Counted from the stretch's first letter, positions 1 to 9,938 are shown. The stretch is DNA of 64,000 nt from an uncultured Thermoleophilia bacterium (GCA_963747935.1 CAVVGY010000006.1:105161-169160); one strand, 5' to 3'. The notes: generated from the sequence alone by a model not told the origin. A program made the numbers and translations.

Positions 1-1
1 C

Positions 2-628
2 CAGATCTACGTCAAGGCGGACAGCTCCAAGGTCATCACGAGCGTCAAGAGCCAGATCAAGGGCCTCATGCCCAAGGCGACCGTGACGACCTCCTCCGAC
101 CTCGCCAGTCAGGTGAGCGGCTCGCTCTCCAGCGCTTCCACGCTGGCCGACCGCCTCGGCAAGTGGCTCGCCATCGCCGCTCTGGTGGCCTCGTTCGCGG
201 TCGCCAGCCTGCTGACCGTCTCGGCCGTCAGCCGGCGCGTGCGTGAGTTCGGCACGCTCAAGGCGCTCGGCTGGAAGGGCCGCCGCATCGTCGGACAGGT
301 GCTCGGCGAGTCCATGGTGCAGGGCGTGATCGGCGCCGTGCTCGGTGTGGGGCTCGGCATCCTCGCCGCGCGGCTCATCGCCGCCTTCTCGCCGGCGCTC
401 CAGGCGACCATGAGCAACGCGGCGCAGGGCGCCGGCGGGCCTCCCGGCTCGCCGCAGGCCGCGGAGGCGGCGCAGAGCGTCACCGTGGCCCTCACGGCGC
501 CGGTGAGCCTGCAGTTGATCGCCGTCGCCGTCGGCCTGGCGCTGGCCGGCGCGCTCATCGCCGGCGGCTTCGGCGGCTGGCGCGCCTCGCGGCTGCGTCC
601 GGCGGACGCCCTCCGGCGTGTGGATTGA
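2..628 (+). CDS. ABC transporter permease, FtsX/MacB type, C-terminal part (5' end outside window)
   Basis: The frame of ORF 68..628 stays open to the window edge. It has a C-terminal FtsX-like TM bundle ending ...WRASRLRPADALRRVD and is followed by a MacB/LolD-type ATPase gene. Confidence 0.75.
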   Translation, partial: QIYVKADSSKVITSVKSQIKGLMPKATVTTSSDLASQVSGSLSSASTLADRLGKWLAIAALVASFAVASLLTVSAVSRRVREFGTLKALGWKGRRIVGQVLGESMVQGVIGAVLGVGLGILAARLIAAFSPALQATMSNAAQGAGGPPGSPQAAEAAQSVTVALTAPVSLQLIAVAVGLALAGALIAGGFGGWRASRLRPADALRRVD

Positions 629-721
629 CCAGCATTGCCGGGTCAACGAGCGGGGCTCCGCAGGTGCACCGCTCACTGAGCCGCGCCGCACGGAACGACG
701 ACTGACGAGAACGGAGACACC

Positions 722-1465
722 ATGCTCTACGAACTGACAGACGTGACCAAGAGCTACCGCCAGCGCCGCAAGCAGGTGGACGCGCTGGCCGGGATCGACC
801 TGGCCATCGACGAGGGCGAGTTCCTCGCCATCCAGGGCTCCACGGGCTCGGGCAAGACGACCCTCCTTCAGGTCCTCGGCGCGATGGACCGGCCCTCGGG
901 AGGCAGCCTCGACTTCGAGGGCCGCGACCTGGCCAAGATGGGGGAGAGGGACCTCTCGGAGTTGAGGAGCCACTCGTTCGGCTTCATCTTCCAGGGGTTC
1001 AACCTCATCCCCACGCTGACCGCCCAGGAGAATGTGGAGACCGCGCTCGTGCCTTGGCACACGCCTGCGGACGAGCGCCGCCGCCGGGCCGCGGAGGCCC
1101 TGGCCGGCGTCGGCCTCGCCGACCGGGCCAGGCACGTCCCCGGGGAGCTGAGCGGCGGCGAGCAGCAGCGGGTGGCCATCGCGCGGGCGCTGGTCAGGGA
1201 ACCCCGCGTGATCCTCGCGGACGAGCCCACCGGCAACCTCGACGAGCGCACCCGCGACGACATCATCGGACTGCTCGAGCAGCTCTGGCGCGAGCAGGGG
1301 CAGACGCTCATCGTCGTCACCCACGACACGTGGGTGGCCAGCCGGGCCTCGCGGCGCATCTGGCTCGACCGCGGGCGGCTGGAGGCCGAGCCTCTGGCCG
1401 GCCGCCGGCTCTCCGCGGAGCCGAGGATCGCGGATTCGGTGCTCGCGGCGGCGGCCGTCGTGTGA
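722..1465 (+). CDS. ABC transporter ATP-binding protein (MacB/LolD-like)
   Basis: Walker A GSTGSGKTT, signature LSGGEQQRVAIARAL, Walker B ILADEPTGNLD. Confidence 0.9.
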   Translation: MLYELTDVTKSYRQRRKQVDALAGIDLAIDEGEFLAIQGSTGSGKTTLLQVLGAMDRPSGGSLDFEGRDLAKMGERDLSELRSHSFGFIFQGFNLIPTLTAQENVETALVPWHTPADERRRRAAEALAGVGLADRARHVPGELSGGEQQRVAIARALVREPRVILADEPTGNLDERTRDDIIGLLEQLWREQGQTLIVVTHDTWVASRASRRIWLDRGRLEAEPLAGRRLSAEPRIADSVLAAAAVV

Positions 1466-1673
1466 CGCCCTCCCCGTGACCGGCGCTCCGGCGTGCCCCC
1501 GCCTGCCGGTCACTCGCCAGGCGCCGGACATCCGGCGCCGTTCCCCGGGCGGGCGTGGACCTCCCCTCCGCGCCCGCCCGTTCTCACGCTCGGCTCCTCC
1601 GCGCTTCACGTTGCGGGCGCATACGGTCGATGGAGGGAGGTGAGAGAGGGAGGACGCCGACCTGGGAGGGGCG

Positions 1674-2237
1674 GTGACGGCCCACGTCGCACTGTACATC
1701 TCGCCGCTCGTCGTCTCCGGCACGGAGCAGTCGGCGCCGGCCGACAGCGCGCTGCGGCGCGCGCAGGAGGCCGGCGGCAACCAGATCGAGCTCGACGTTC
1801 CGCCTGGTCGACTCGGCGCAGCCGTTCGCCCGCCGGGGCTCATCCCGCAGCAGTTCGGCCCGGAGAAGATGTTCAAGGCCACGCTGCGCTCCGGGCGCGC
1901 CTACGCGCGGTTCTTCGACCACCTGCCGCTGCACCTCACGCGCGTGCTCCGGCGCGCGGGGGAGGGGGAGTTCCGCGTCTCCATCCGGCCCACGGAGTTC
2001 AAGCCGATCATGGACCGCCTGGAGGCCGCGTTCACGCGGCTCGCCTACGCGCTGATCATCGCCGCGCTCATCATCGGGTTCTCGTTCCTGGTGAGCCGGC
2101 CGGGCCTCTCGAGCGCCGAGCGGATCGGCTACCGCATCGTGTTGTTCGTCACGCTGGCGAGCGTGGCGTGGTTCCTCATCAGCCTGGCGCGCATCGAACT
2201 GCGCAAGCGCCGGGAGGACAAGCACCCGACGGACTAG
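1674..2237 (+). CDS. Hypothetical membrane protein resembling the C-terminal tail of ABC1/UbiB-family kinases; possible gene remnant
   Basis: The C-terminal segment FKPIMDRLEAAFTRLAYALIIAALIIGFSFLV plus a second TM helix resembles the UbiB/AarF tail. No kinase domain is present upstream. Confidence 0.35.
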   Translation: MTAHVALYISPLVVSGTEQSAPADSALRRAQEAGGNQIELDVPPGRLGAAVRPPGLIPQQFGPEKMFKATLRSGRAYARFFDHLPLHLTRVLRRAGEGEFRVSIRPTEFKPIMDRLEAAFTRLAYALIIAALIIGFSFLVSRPGLSSAERIGYRIVLFVTLASVAWFLISLARIELRKRREDKHPTD

Positions 2238-2920
2238 TACATCTGCACCGGCGGCGACGCGAGGCACACCGCCAGCTGCCGCTGACCGTCGCCGATCACC
2301 GGCGGCCCGTGGGTGACCAGCACGTGCTCGAGCGGCCGCTCCACGAGCGGCGCCAGACCGGGTGCGAACACGTTGCGGTACCACGCCTCGCCGGTCCCGC
2401 TGCTCTGGTTCCAGAAGCGGAGTCCGCCCTGCGCGCCGACGACGGCGTCGCCGAACACGGCGGCGCGCAGCCCGGGCACGTACAGCGGGTGCTCGCTGCG
2501 CCTCGGCCGGCCGATGGAGTAGGCCTCGGCCGCCCCGCCGGCGATCGCGGCCGCGGTGCCCGCCGGACCCGCCGGCACCACCTCCAGCGGCGTGTCCGGC
2601 CGCAGCCGCTTGCGCACGTTGGCGTGGCCCCAGATGCGCGTGGGGCGCTCCGGCGAGTAGCGGTCGTAGAGCGCCTCGGCGCTGCGCGTGTGGTAGGGGA
2701 TGGTGATGAGCAGCTCGACGCGCGCCGCGGCCGCGGCCATGAGCTCGAGCCGCGCGAGCAGCGGAGAACACCGCTCGTCGCTCTCCGCCGGCAGCAGCGG
2801 GTCGACCAGCAGCAGCGCCTCGCCGGCCACCAGCGCGTACGATCCGACCTCCTCGGCCTGCGGGCGCCACTCGGGGTGCGGCGCCGTCCAGCGGTGGATC
2901 CCGGGCGCCAGCTCATCCAT
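2234..2920 (-). CDS. MBL-fold-like protein with a degenerate metal-binding motif
   Basis: The N-terminal pattern GIHRW...SYALVAGEALLLVDP is typical of the beta-lactamase fold. The position of HxHxDH reads LITIPYHTRS. Confidence 0.4.
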   Translation of the reverse strand: MDELAPGIHRWTAPHPEWRPQAEEVGSYALVAGEALLLVDPLLPAESDERCSPLLARLELMAAAAARVELLITIPYHTRSAEALYDRYSPERPTRIWGHANVRKRLRPDTPLEVVPAGPAGTAAAIAGGAAEAYSIGRPRRSEHPLYVPGLRAAVFGDAVVGAQGGLRFWNQSSGTGEAWYRNVFAPGLAPLVERPLEHVLVTHGPPVIGDGQRQLAVCLASPPVQMY

Positions 2921-3067
2921 CTCCGCCTCCTGTTCTTCGCTCCCGGACCGTACCGCTGTCTTGTCCGCGAGGCGGCGGGAGCAATCCTGCGTCCGTGACG
3001 GCGGCGGCGGAGGCCCTGCGCCTCCGCCGCCGCCACGTGAGCTCGGCCGGCCGGCCCCGGCCGCCGG

Positions 3068-3268
3068 TCAGCCCGCCGGGCCTCGTTGGCCGGCGGCGCC
3101 CGAAGGCTCGTCACCTGCGGCGCGGCCGCCGCGCCGCCTCCGCACCGCGTCGCGCAGGATGTACTCCACCTGCGCGTTGACGCTGCGGAGCTCGTCGGCG
3201 GCCCACTTCTCGACCTCGCCCCACAGGTCGGGGTCGACCCGGAGCAGGTACTGTTTGCGCGCCGCCAT
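3068..3268 (-). CDS. Arc/ribbon-helix-helix family DNA-binding protein
   Basis: 66 aa. [38 protein letters not shown] matches the RHH (Arc/MetJ-like) pattern. Confidence 0.6.
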   Translation of the reverse strand: MAARKQYLLRVDPDLWGEVEKWAADELRSVNAQVEYILRDAVRRRRGGRAAGDEPSGAAGQRGPAG

Positions 3269-3296
3269 CTCTATCGCCGTCCCACGTCCGCCCGCC

Positions 3297-3512
3297 TCAG
3301 CGTCCGTCGCCTCGCGTCAGGAGGGCGATGAGGAAGTAGCCGACGGTGGCGAGCACGAGCAGCGTCCAGAAGATCCAAGGCTGGGTCGGCGCCACCAGGA
3401 TGGCCAGCACGAACACGGCGGCGACGTAGGCGCCGGTCAGGACCCATCCCTGCCAGGAGACCGGCGTGAACCCCCAGCCGTAGCGCTTGGGTCTGAACCA
3501 CGGCCGCCCCAT
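3297..3512 (-). CDS. Small membrane protein (2 TM helices), function unknown
   Basis: 71 aa with two hydrophobic helices. Codon usage is consistent with its neighbours and it lies between the SPFH and RHH genes. Confidence 0.45.
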   Translation of the reverse strand: MGRPWFRPKRYGWGFTPVSWQGWVLTGAYVAAVFVLAILVAPTQPWIFWTLLVLATVGYFLIALLTRGDGR

Positions 3513-3560
3513 CGCGTCACCTGCCTTGGGTCGAGTGCGTCGTCGGCTTCATGACCGGCC

Positions 3561-4598
3561 TCACTGGTACAGCGTGCCGGTGTTGACGACCGGGGTGACC
3601 TGACTCTCGCCGCACAGCACGACCATGAGGTTGCTGACCATGGCCGCCTTGCGTTCCTCGTCGAACTGGATGGTCTGGTGCTCGCTGAAGTCGTGGAGCG
3701 CCATCTCGACCATGCTCACCGCGCCGGTGACGATCTTGCGGCGCGCGGCGATGACGGCCTCCGCCTGCTGGCGGCGGAGCATCGCCTGGGCGATCTCCGG
3801 CGAGTAGGCGAGGTGGCTCAGGCGGGCCTGCTCCACGACGACGCCGGCCTGCGCGAGCCGCTCGGTGAGCTCCACGCGCAGCGCCTCGGAGACCTCGTCC
3901 ACGTTGCCGCGCAGCGTGGTCTCGTCCGGGGTGTCGGCGAACGTCTCGCCGGTGTCGTAGGGGTACGCGCTCGCGAGGTGCCGCACCGCCGTCTCGCTCT
4001 GCATGGCCACGTAGCTCTCGAAGTCGTCGACGTCGAACACGGCGCGCGCCGTGTCCTCCACGCGCCACACCACGACGGCCGCGATGTCCACAGGGTTACC
4101 GCGCTTGTCGTTGACCTTGAGCCGGTCGCCGTTCAGCGTGCGCGCCCGCAGGCTGACCTTGTACCGCTTGAGCTTCTTGGGGCCGGCCTGTCCCTGCGAC
4201 TCGTCGCTGTTCTTCTTGCCCCAGTTCCACTGCGTCTGGCTGCCGCTGCCCTGGCCGGCGGGGCCGTTGGCGTAGAACGGGTTGCCCCAGCGGAACCCTC
4301 CCTGCTTGCAGGTGCCCTTGTAGGCTCCGAAGAGGATGAGCACGCGCGCCTCGTTGGGCTGGATGGTGAAGAACCCGGGGCTCAGCAGGATGGCGACGGC
4401 GAGCACGACGCAGCCGGCGATGAGCAGGGGCCACTGGGGGATCGCGCTTCCGGAGGAGCTGGTCGTGCCGTTGACGAACGCGAAGTAGATGAGGACGGGG
4501 CAGAGGGCGTACAGCACGATGGTGACGACCAGCATGGGCCAGCCGCTCATCACGCGCGCCTCTCGCTCCTGGGTCGGGGTCTTCTGGTTCGCTGACAT
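3561..4598 (-). CDS. SPFH/Band 7 (stomatin/prohibitin-like) domain membrane protein
   Basis: N-terminal TM helices followed by an SPFH core ([11 protein letters not shown]...[22 protein letters not shown]...[19 protein letters not shown]). Start set at ATG 4598, preceded by GGAGGTGGGAG. Confidence 0.85.
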   Translation of the reverse strand: MSANQKTPTQEREARVMSGWPMLVVTIVLYALCPVLIYFAFVNGTTSSSGSAIPQWPLLIAGCVVLAVAILLSPGFFTIQPNEARVLILFGAYKGTCKQGGFRWGNPFYANGPAGQGSGSQTQWNWGKKNSDESQGQAGPKKLKRYKVSLRARTLNGDRLKVNDKRGNPVDIAAVVVWRVEDTARAVFDVDDFESYVAMQSETAVRHLASAYPYDTGETFADTPDETTLRGNVDEVSEALRVELTERLAQAGVVVEQARLSHLAYSPEIAQAMLRRQQAEAVIAARRKIVTGAVSMVEMALHDFSEHQTIQFDEERKAAMVSNLMVVLCGESQVTPVVNTGTLYQ

Positions 4599-4745
4599 TG
4601 CTCCCACCTCCGGGGGCCGCGCCGGCGGGTCCCTCCCCGCCCGTGTGGTCGCGCGGCCGCGCTGTGCGCGATACCGAAGTGATATCACATAGGTATCGCG
4701 TAGTCCAGAGCGGCCGCCGTTGCCGCCGGCTGAGTCCCGACCCGA

Positions 4746-4751
4746 TAGAAT
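4746..4751 (+). promoter_or_regulatory. Candidate -10 box TAGAAT placed 7 nt before ATG 4759 (leaderless mRNA candidate)
   Basis: Sequence reads TAGAATCCGGGCGATG. There is no Shine-Dalgarno sequence between the box and the start codon. Confidence 0.4.
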
Positions 4752-4758
4752 CCGGGCG

Positions 4759-6096
4759 ATGGAACCCGCCGCCCCAGCCGCGTCCTCGGCTACATCTGCC
4801 GTCACGGACGCGCCTGCCGTCGCCGCCGAGTTGCCGCTCTCGCGCTACCGGTTCGTCACCCTCGGGGTGGTCTGGTGCGCGTACCTCGTCGTCTTCCTCT
4901 CGCGTCTTTGCGTCGGGCCGCTCGCCCCGTTCCTCAAGGACGCGTTCGACCTGAGCAACGCGCAGATCGGCGGCCTGACCAGCGCGACGGCCGTCGCCTA
5001 CGCGCCGACGCTCATCTTCGCCGGGTGGCTCGTCGACCGCATCGGCGTGCGGCGGGCGCTGCTGATCGGCACCGTCATCACCGGCATCTGCATCGGCGCC
5101 GTGGCGCTGGCGCCGAGCTACGGCACCATGCTGCTCCTGCTCGGCGCCTCCGGGCTGGGCTGCGGGTTCATCTACCCGACGGCCGTGAAGGCGATCATGC
5201 TGTGGTTCCCGCCGCGGGAGCGGGCGACGGCCGTGGGCGTCAACCAGTCGGCCGTCAACGTCAGCGGCATGATGGGCGCCGCGGTCATGCCGTGGCTGGC
5301 CGTCGCCTACGGCTGGCAGGCCGGGTTCGTCTTCGCCGCCGGCCTGGCCTTTGTCGTCTGCGTGGTCGCCGTGCTCTTCTACCGCGACCCGCGGCCGGAC
5401 GAGTGGTCCGGCAGGGCCGCCGCGCCGCTGCCGGTGTCCGAGATCGACCAGGGCCTGCCGGCGGTGACGGGCGACGAGCAGACCGACAAGGCGGTGGTGA
5501 AGTCCGGGTTCGTGGCGGTGCTCCGCTCGCGGGACATCTGGATGATGGGCCTCGCGGCGCTCTTCCTCGGTGTGGTGGAGTTCGCTGCCCTGGCGCACCT
5601 CGTGCTGTTCCTGAACACCGACTGGGGCTACAGCGTGGCGGTGGCCGCCGGCATGCTGGCCTTCTGCCAGTTCGCCGGCGCCGTCGGCAAGCCGCTGAGC
5701 GGGCTCGTCAGCGACCGCCCGCTCCACCGGCGCCGCGTGCCGGCGCTGCTGGGCATGGGCACCCTCGCCGGCCTCTCCTGCGTGGCCTTCGCGCTGCTCC
5801 AGCCGGGGCACGAGTGGCTGCTGTGGGGCGCCCTGTTCCTGCTCGGGTTCGGCGCCGTCGGCTGGGGCGGCCTGATGGGCACGCTCGCCGGCGAGACCGG
5901 CGGCGACAGGGCCGCCGGCGCGGCCGCCGGCGTCTCCGCCGCGTTCTTCAACGTCGGCATCTTCCTCGGGCCGCCGATCTTCGGCTACATCGTCGACCGC
6001 ACCGGCTCGTATCCGCAGGCGTGGTGGACGATGGCCGGCTCGGCGGCCGTGGCCCTCGTGCTGCTGCTCTTCGTCCGCGAGGGCCGCCCGGTCTGA
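4759..6096 (+). CDS. MFS transporter
   Basis: 12-TM pattern. The loop motif GWLVDRIGVRRAL between TM2 and TM3 is typical of MFS_1. The start is uncertain (4720 or 4759). Confidence 0.85.
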   Translation: MEPAAPAASSATSAVTDAPAVAAELPLSRYRFVTLGVVWCAYLVVFLSRLCVGPLAPFLKDAFDLSNAQIGGLTSATAVAYAPTLIFAGWLVDRIGVRRALLIGTVITGICIGAVALAPSYGTMLLLLGASGLGCGFIYPTAVKAIMLWFPPRERATAVGVNQSAVNVSGMMGAAVMPWLAVAYGWQAGFVFAAGLAFVVCVVAVLFYRDPRPDEWSGRAAAPLPVSEIDQGLPAVTGDEQTDKAVVKSGFVAVLRSRDIWMMGLAALFLGVVEFAALAHLVLFLNTDWGYSVAVAAGMLAFCQFAGAVGKPLSGLVSDRPLHRRRVPALLGMGTLAGLSCVAFALLQPGHEWLLWGALFLLGFGAVGWGGLMGTLAGETGGDRAAGAAAGVSAAFFNVGIFLGPPIFGYIVDRTGSYPQAWWTMAGSAAVALVLLLFVREGRPV

Positions 6097-6210
6097 CGAC
6101 GTCCGCGCCGCCGGCGCTCGGTCCGGCGCCAAACGGCACTATCGCTCTCGTATTCCGACCTTCGTCATAGACTCGCATGGTCATCAGTCTCGTGCGGAGG
6201 GGGTGCGGGG

Positions 6211-7557
6211 ATGTCTGGATCGCGCAGGGCCGTGGCGACGCTGGTCGGTGTCGCCGTCTTCATCATCGTGCTGGCGCTGCCGGCGCTGGCCGGAGCGCTG
6301 CCTCCGGAGTACCCGGCTGCTTGGAGCGTGAGCCCGGACGGGCTGCGCCAGCTGGGCGCGCTCACCACCGACGCCGGGCTCTGTAGGGGTCCGTCCGGCT
6401 ACGTGTTCGAGGTGGCGAGCCAGTCGAACGGAGGCACGGTCGCGGCGCTGGTCTCCAAAGTGTCGATCGCCACGGGAGCCGTCGCGAAGTCCTGGACGTA
6501 TCCGGCCTCGCCCGGCGCCTCGGTGCTGCCGCAGGCCATCGCTCGCGACGGCGCCGGCAACGTGGTCGTGGCCATGACGAGCGCGACGGGATGGACGATC
6601 GCCAAGTTCTCGGCGTCCGGGACCTTGCTCTGGGACGAGGACTACGCTGCGGGCGCCGACCGCGCGCCCTATGCGATCGCGTTCGACCGCAAGAACGCGG
6701 TCGTCGTGATCGGGCAGTGCTCGGTGGCCGCGGGCACCGGCGTGGACGCGGCCGTCGTCAAGTGGACGGCGAGCGGGGCGTTCCAGTGGGCGAAGACCCT
6801 GTCGGGGAGCGGCGCCGTGAACGACTACTTCTGGGGAGTCGGCGCCGACGCGAACAACAACGTCTACGTGAGCGGCATGGCCGGCGGCACGCCCTCGGTC
6901 GCGGTGCTCCGCTCCTTCACGCCCGCAGGCAAGCAGCGCTGGAGCGTCGCCGCCGGGCAATCGACCCGGAGCACGCGGTTCGTGGCGCTGGTCGTCAAGG
7001 GCACCGGCGTGTATGCCGCCGGCGACTGCCACGGCGCCGACGGCGGGTTCATCGCGGCGAAGTACACGCTGACGGGCAAGCGGCTGTGGGGCCTGAAGAC
7101 CCGGATCTTCGCGCAGGAAGGGGGCGAGGCGAGGGGTCTTGCGGTCGACTCGACCAACGCGGTGGTGGTGGCCGGCGAGGCCAGCGAAGTGGCGCCGGCC
7201 GGCGTGGACGTCCCGGCGCTCTGGAAGCTGACTCCGGCCGGCAAGACAGCGTGGCATCGCGAGGTGATCGGCAGCGGCTGGAGCAACGGGACATTCGACG
7301 CGCTGGCGCTGGACGCAGCGGACAGGATCTACGCGGCCGGCCTGTCGGGCGCGCATCAGCCGGCCAGCGGCACGCTCCTCATGCGCTACTCGGCGAGGGG
7401 CGCGGCCCAGGCCATGTGGACGCCGGACGGCGGTCCCTCGGCGTTCGGGGAGTTCCTGCACCTGCTCGTCATCGGCAACCAGCAGGTCCTCGTCTCCGGC
7501 ATCATGGAGCAGGGGCAGCGGCAGGCGGTGGTGTACCGGGCGAAGACGGTGCGCTGA
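6211..7557 (+). CDS. Secreted beta-propeller repeat protein (SBBP-like repeats)
   Basis: Signal peptide MSGSRRAVATLVGVAVFIIVLALPALA. Repeated motifs such as ARDGAGNVVVAMTS, GADANNNVYVSGMAGG, AVDSTNAVVVAGEA and ALDAADRIYAAGLSG. Confidence 0.6.
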   Translation: MSGSRRAVATLVGVAVFIIVLALPALAGALPPEYPAAWSVSPDGLRQLGALTTDAGLCRGPSGYVFEVASQSNGGTVAALVSKVSIATGAVAKSWTYPASPGASVLPQAIARDGAGNVVVAMTSATGWTIAKFSASGTLLWDEDYAAGADRAPYAIAFDRKNAVVVIGQCSVAAGTGVDAAVVKWTASGAFQWAKTLSGSGAVNDYFWGVGADANNNVYVSGMAGGTPSVAVLRSFTPAGKQRWSVAAGQSTRSTRFVALVVKGTGVYAAGDCHGADGGFIAAKYTLTGKRLWGLKTRIFAQEGGEARGLAVDSTNAVVVAGEASEVAPAGVDVPALWKLTPAGKTAWHREVIGSGWSNGTFDALALDAADRIYAAGLSGAHQPASGTLLMRYSARGAAQAMWTPDGGPSAFGEFLHLLVIGNQQVLVSGIMEQGQRQAVVYRAKTVR

Positions 7558-7627
7558 CGATCACGGCGGAGCGGGATGCGGGCGGCGGAGGCCGGCGGTC
7601 TCCGCCGCCCGCACCTGCGTACGCCGG

Positions 7628-8314
7628 TCAGGTGCCGGCGAGCAGGTCTCCCAGTCCGCCGGCCCACTCGCGGATGAACTCGAAGTGGCGGCCGTCGCCC
7701 GGCGTCGCGCCGACGACGAGCAGCACGAACAGCTTCTCGAGCACGTTCATCGTCGTCAGGTCGAGGGAGCCGGCGAAGAGGGCCACGGACCGCGGCCGCG
7801 CCGGCGCGCACGCGTCCAGGATGTCGCCCACGTAGTGCGACGGCAGCGCGTAGCGTTCCTTGCGGCCGAGCTTGTCCGCGTTCTTCGGCTTCTTGACCAG
7901 CCACGTGTCCTTGGCGACGGGGACGCCGCGCACCGCGTCGAGGCCGTCCTCGGTGAGCGACGCGGCGGTGACGAACACGGCGAACGGCACGGCGGCGAGC
8001 AGTTCCCTGTGCCGCTTGAGGTACTTCTCCGCTTCCTTGTGCCAGCCCATGATCATCGGGCCGCCGACGACCACGGCGTCGTAACCGCCCGGCGGCGGGG
8101 CGGCCTTCGCCTCGCGCACGTCGATCTCGGCGAACGCCGCGCGCAACTCTTCGGCCACGGCGTCCGCGACCTCGCGCGTCGACCCGTGCCTGGTCGCGTA
8201 CACGAGCAGGGCCCGGCCGCCCGTGGCTACCCCCATACCCGCGGGCGGCGACTGCGGCTGCGGAACAGGCTCCTCGGTGTGCGACCCGTGCGGTTGGTCC
8301 CGCGACTCGTCCAT
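7628..8314 (-). CDS. Flavodoxin-domain protein (HemG-like long flavodoxin)
   Basis: ALLVYATRHGSTREVADAVAEEL is an FMN-binding N-terminal motif. Start set at ATG 8314 after GAAGGGAG. Same strand as hdrB, 160 bp downstream of it. Confidence 0.7.
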   Translation of the reverse strand: MDESRDQPHGSHTEEPVPQPQSPPAGMGVATGGRALLVYATRHGSTREVADAVAEELRAAFAEIDVREAKAAPPPGGYDAVVVGGPMIMGWHKEAEKYLKRHRELLAAVPFAVFVTAASLTEDGLDAVRGVPVAKDTWLVKKPKNADKLGRKERYALPSHYVGDILDACAPARPRSVALFAGSLDLTTMNVLEKLFVLLVVGATPGDGRHFEFIREWAGGLGDLLAGT

Positions 8315-8475
8315 GGCTGCTCCCTTCGCGCGTTCACGCCCGCACTCTACGCCCACGCCGGGCGTGCGCAAGCCCGTCGTCCCGTACGCGAAGAGGGGCG
8401 CCGCGGATGCGGCGCCCCTCCTGGTCTCTCGTCACCCGTGGGCCGGCGGAGCCGGCCTGACGGCGGTGCGATGGG

Positions 8476-9342
8476 CTACGCCATCACCGCCGCGACGTCC
8501 ACGAGGTGCTTCTTGAGGCCGAGTTCCTTGTCGTCGATGCCGATCGCGCGTCCGACGAGCTGGCTCAGGAAGATGACCGGCACGTGCTTCCAGCCGGCGT
8601 CCTTCTTGGCGATCTCCATCTGCCGGCCGTCCAGGTTGACCTGGCACAGCGGGCAGGCGACGGCGATGGCGTCGGCGCCGCGGTCGCGTGCGTCCTTGAC
8701 GATGCGCGCGACCAGGTCGTCGACGATGCCCTGCTCCGTGAGCGCCAGCGCGGCGCCGCAGCAGTCGGTCTTGTAGTCCCAGTCGACCGGCTCGCAGCCG
8801 AGCGCCTTGACGACCTCGTCCATGTGCATGGGGTACTCGGGGTCGTCGGCCAGCGTGACCTTCGGCGGCCGGGTGAGCAGGCAGCCGTAGTAGCAGGCCA
8901 CCTTGAGGCCGGCGAACGGCTTCGTCACCTTGGCTTTGAGCGCCTCGAGGCCCACGGCGTCGTGGTAGATGTCGATGAGGTTGTCGACCTCGACGCCGCC
9001 GTTGTAGGCGCGGCCGACCACGGCACGCACGTCGGCCGCCGTCTCTTCGCTCTCGGTGATCTCGTGGGCGCCGGTCTTGAAGCGGCTGTAGCAGGCGGCG
9101 CACGGGACGGCGACGGCGTCGAGCTTCATGTCCTGCTCGACCTTTGCGAGCTCGTTGACCGGCAGGGCCACGCTGAGCAGGCGGTTGATGGAGTGCGCCG
9201 CGGTGTTGCCGCAGCACTCCCAGCCCGGGATCTCCTGGAGCACCAGGTCGAGCGCCCGGGCCGTGGCCTTGAAACTCCTGTCGAACTCGCCGGAGGTGCC
9301 GTGCAGCGAGCAGCCGGGGTAGTAGGCGAGGGTCTTGGTCAT
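8476..9342 (-). CDS. hdrB: Heterodisulfide reductase subunit B-like protein (two CCG domains)
   Basis: AYYPGCSLHGTS...GWECCGNT plus a second CCG motif, YKTDCCGAA. Overlaps the hdrC stop (ATGA). Confidence 0.9.
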   Translation of the reverse strand: MTKTLAYYPGCSLHGTSGEFDRSFKATARALDLVLQEIPGWECCGNTAAHSINRLLSVALPVNELAKVEQDMKLDAVAVPCAACYSRFKTGAHEITESEETAADVRAVVGRAYNGGVEVDNLIDIYHDAVGLEALKAKVTKPFAGLKVACYYGCLLTRPPKVTLADDPEYPMHMDEVVKALGCEPVDWDYKTDCCGAALALTEQGIVDDLVARIVKDARDRGADAIAVACPLCQVNLDGRQMEIAKKDAGWKHVPVIFLSQLVGRAIGIDDKELGLKKHLVDVAAVMA

Positions 9343-9929
9343 GACCGTCCTCCCGCGCTCGCGGCCCTCGCCTCACGCGCCCTGGTGATGCTGTCGGCGG
9401 TGGCGACCATGCGCTTCATGGCCACCGTGTCGCCGCGCTTGAGGGTGGGGTTGATCTTGCCCTTGAGCAGGTACTTGGGGCCGAGCGTGAACCAGTTCTT
9501 GGCGCTGCTCGGCCGCTTGAGGACGTCGAGGGTGATGAGCTCGACCTCCCACATGCGACCCCAGCGGACGAACGAGTCGTAGTTCCTCTTGAGCATGGTC
9601 GCCGACGGCGTGTCCGCCGGGATGCGGCCCTGCTTGCGCGCCATGATCTTGAGCTCGTCCATGATCGTGGCGATGTCGATGCCCTGGGGGCACCGGGTGG
9701 TGCAGGTCTCGCACCCGGTGCACAGCCAGATGAACCGGTCGTCGAAGATCATGTCGTACTGCCCGAGCTGGACGGCGCGCATGATCATCGCCGGGTGCAT
9801 GTCCGCGTAGCGGGCCACGGGACACCCGGAGGTGCACTTCTTGCACTGGTAGCACTTGTAGGCGTTCTCGTCGCAGCCGGCGGTGACCTGCCGGCTCAGC
9901 GACGGACTCGGTGTGCAGGTGGTGGCCAT
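9339..9929 (-). CDS. hdrC: Heterodisulfide reductase subunit C-like protein (2x[4Fe-4S])
   Basis: CYQCKKCTSGCP and CTGCETCTTRCP motifs. ATG 9929 is preceded by AGGAGGTG. Confidence 0.9.
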   Translation of the reverse strand: MATTCTPSPSLSRQVTAGCDENAYKCYQCKKCTSGCPVARYADMHPAMIMRAVQLGQYDMIFDDRFIWLCTGCETCTTRCPQGIDIATIMDELKIMARKQGRIPADTPSATMLKRNYDSFVRWGRMWEVELITLDVLKRPSSAKNWFTLGPKYLLKGKINPTLKRGDTVAMKRMVATADSITRAREARAASAGGRS

Positions 9930-9938
9930 CCGCACCTC

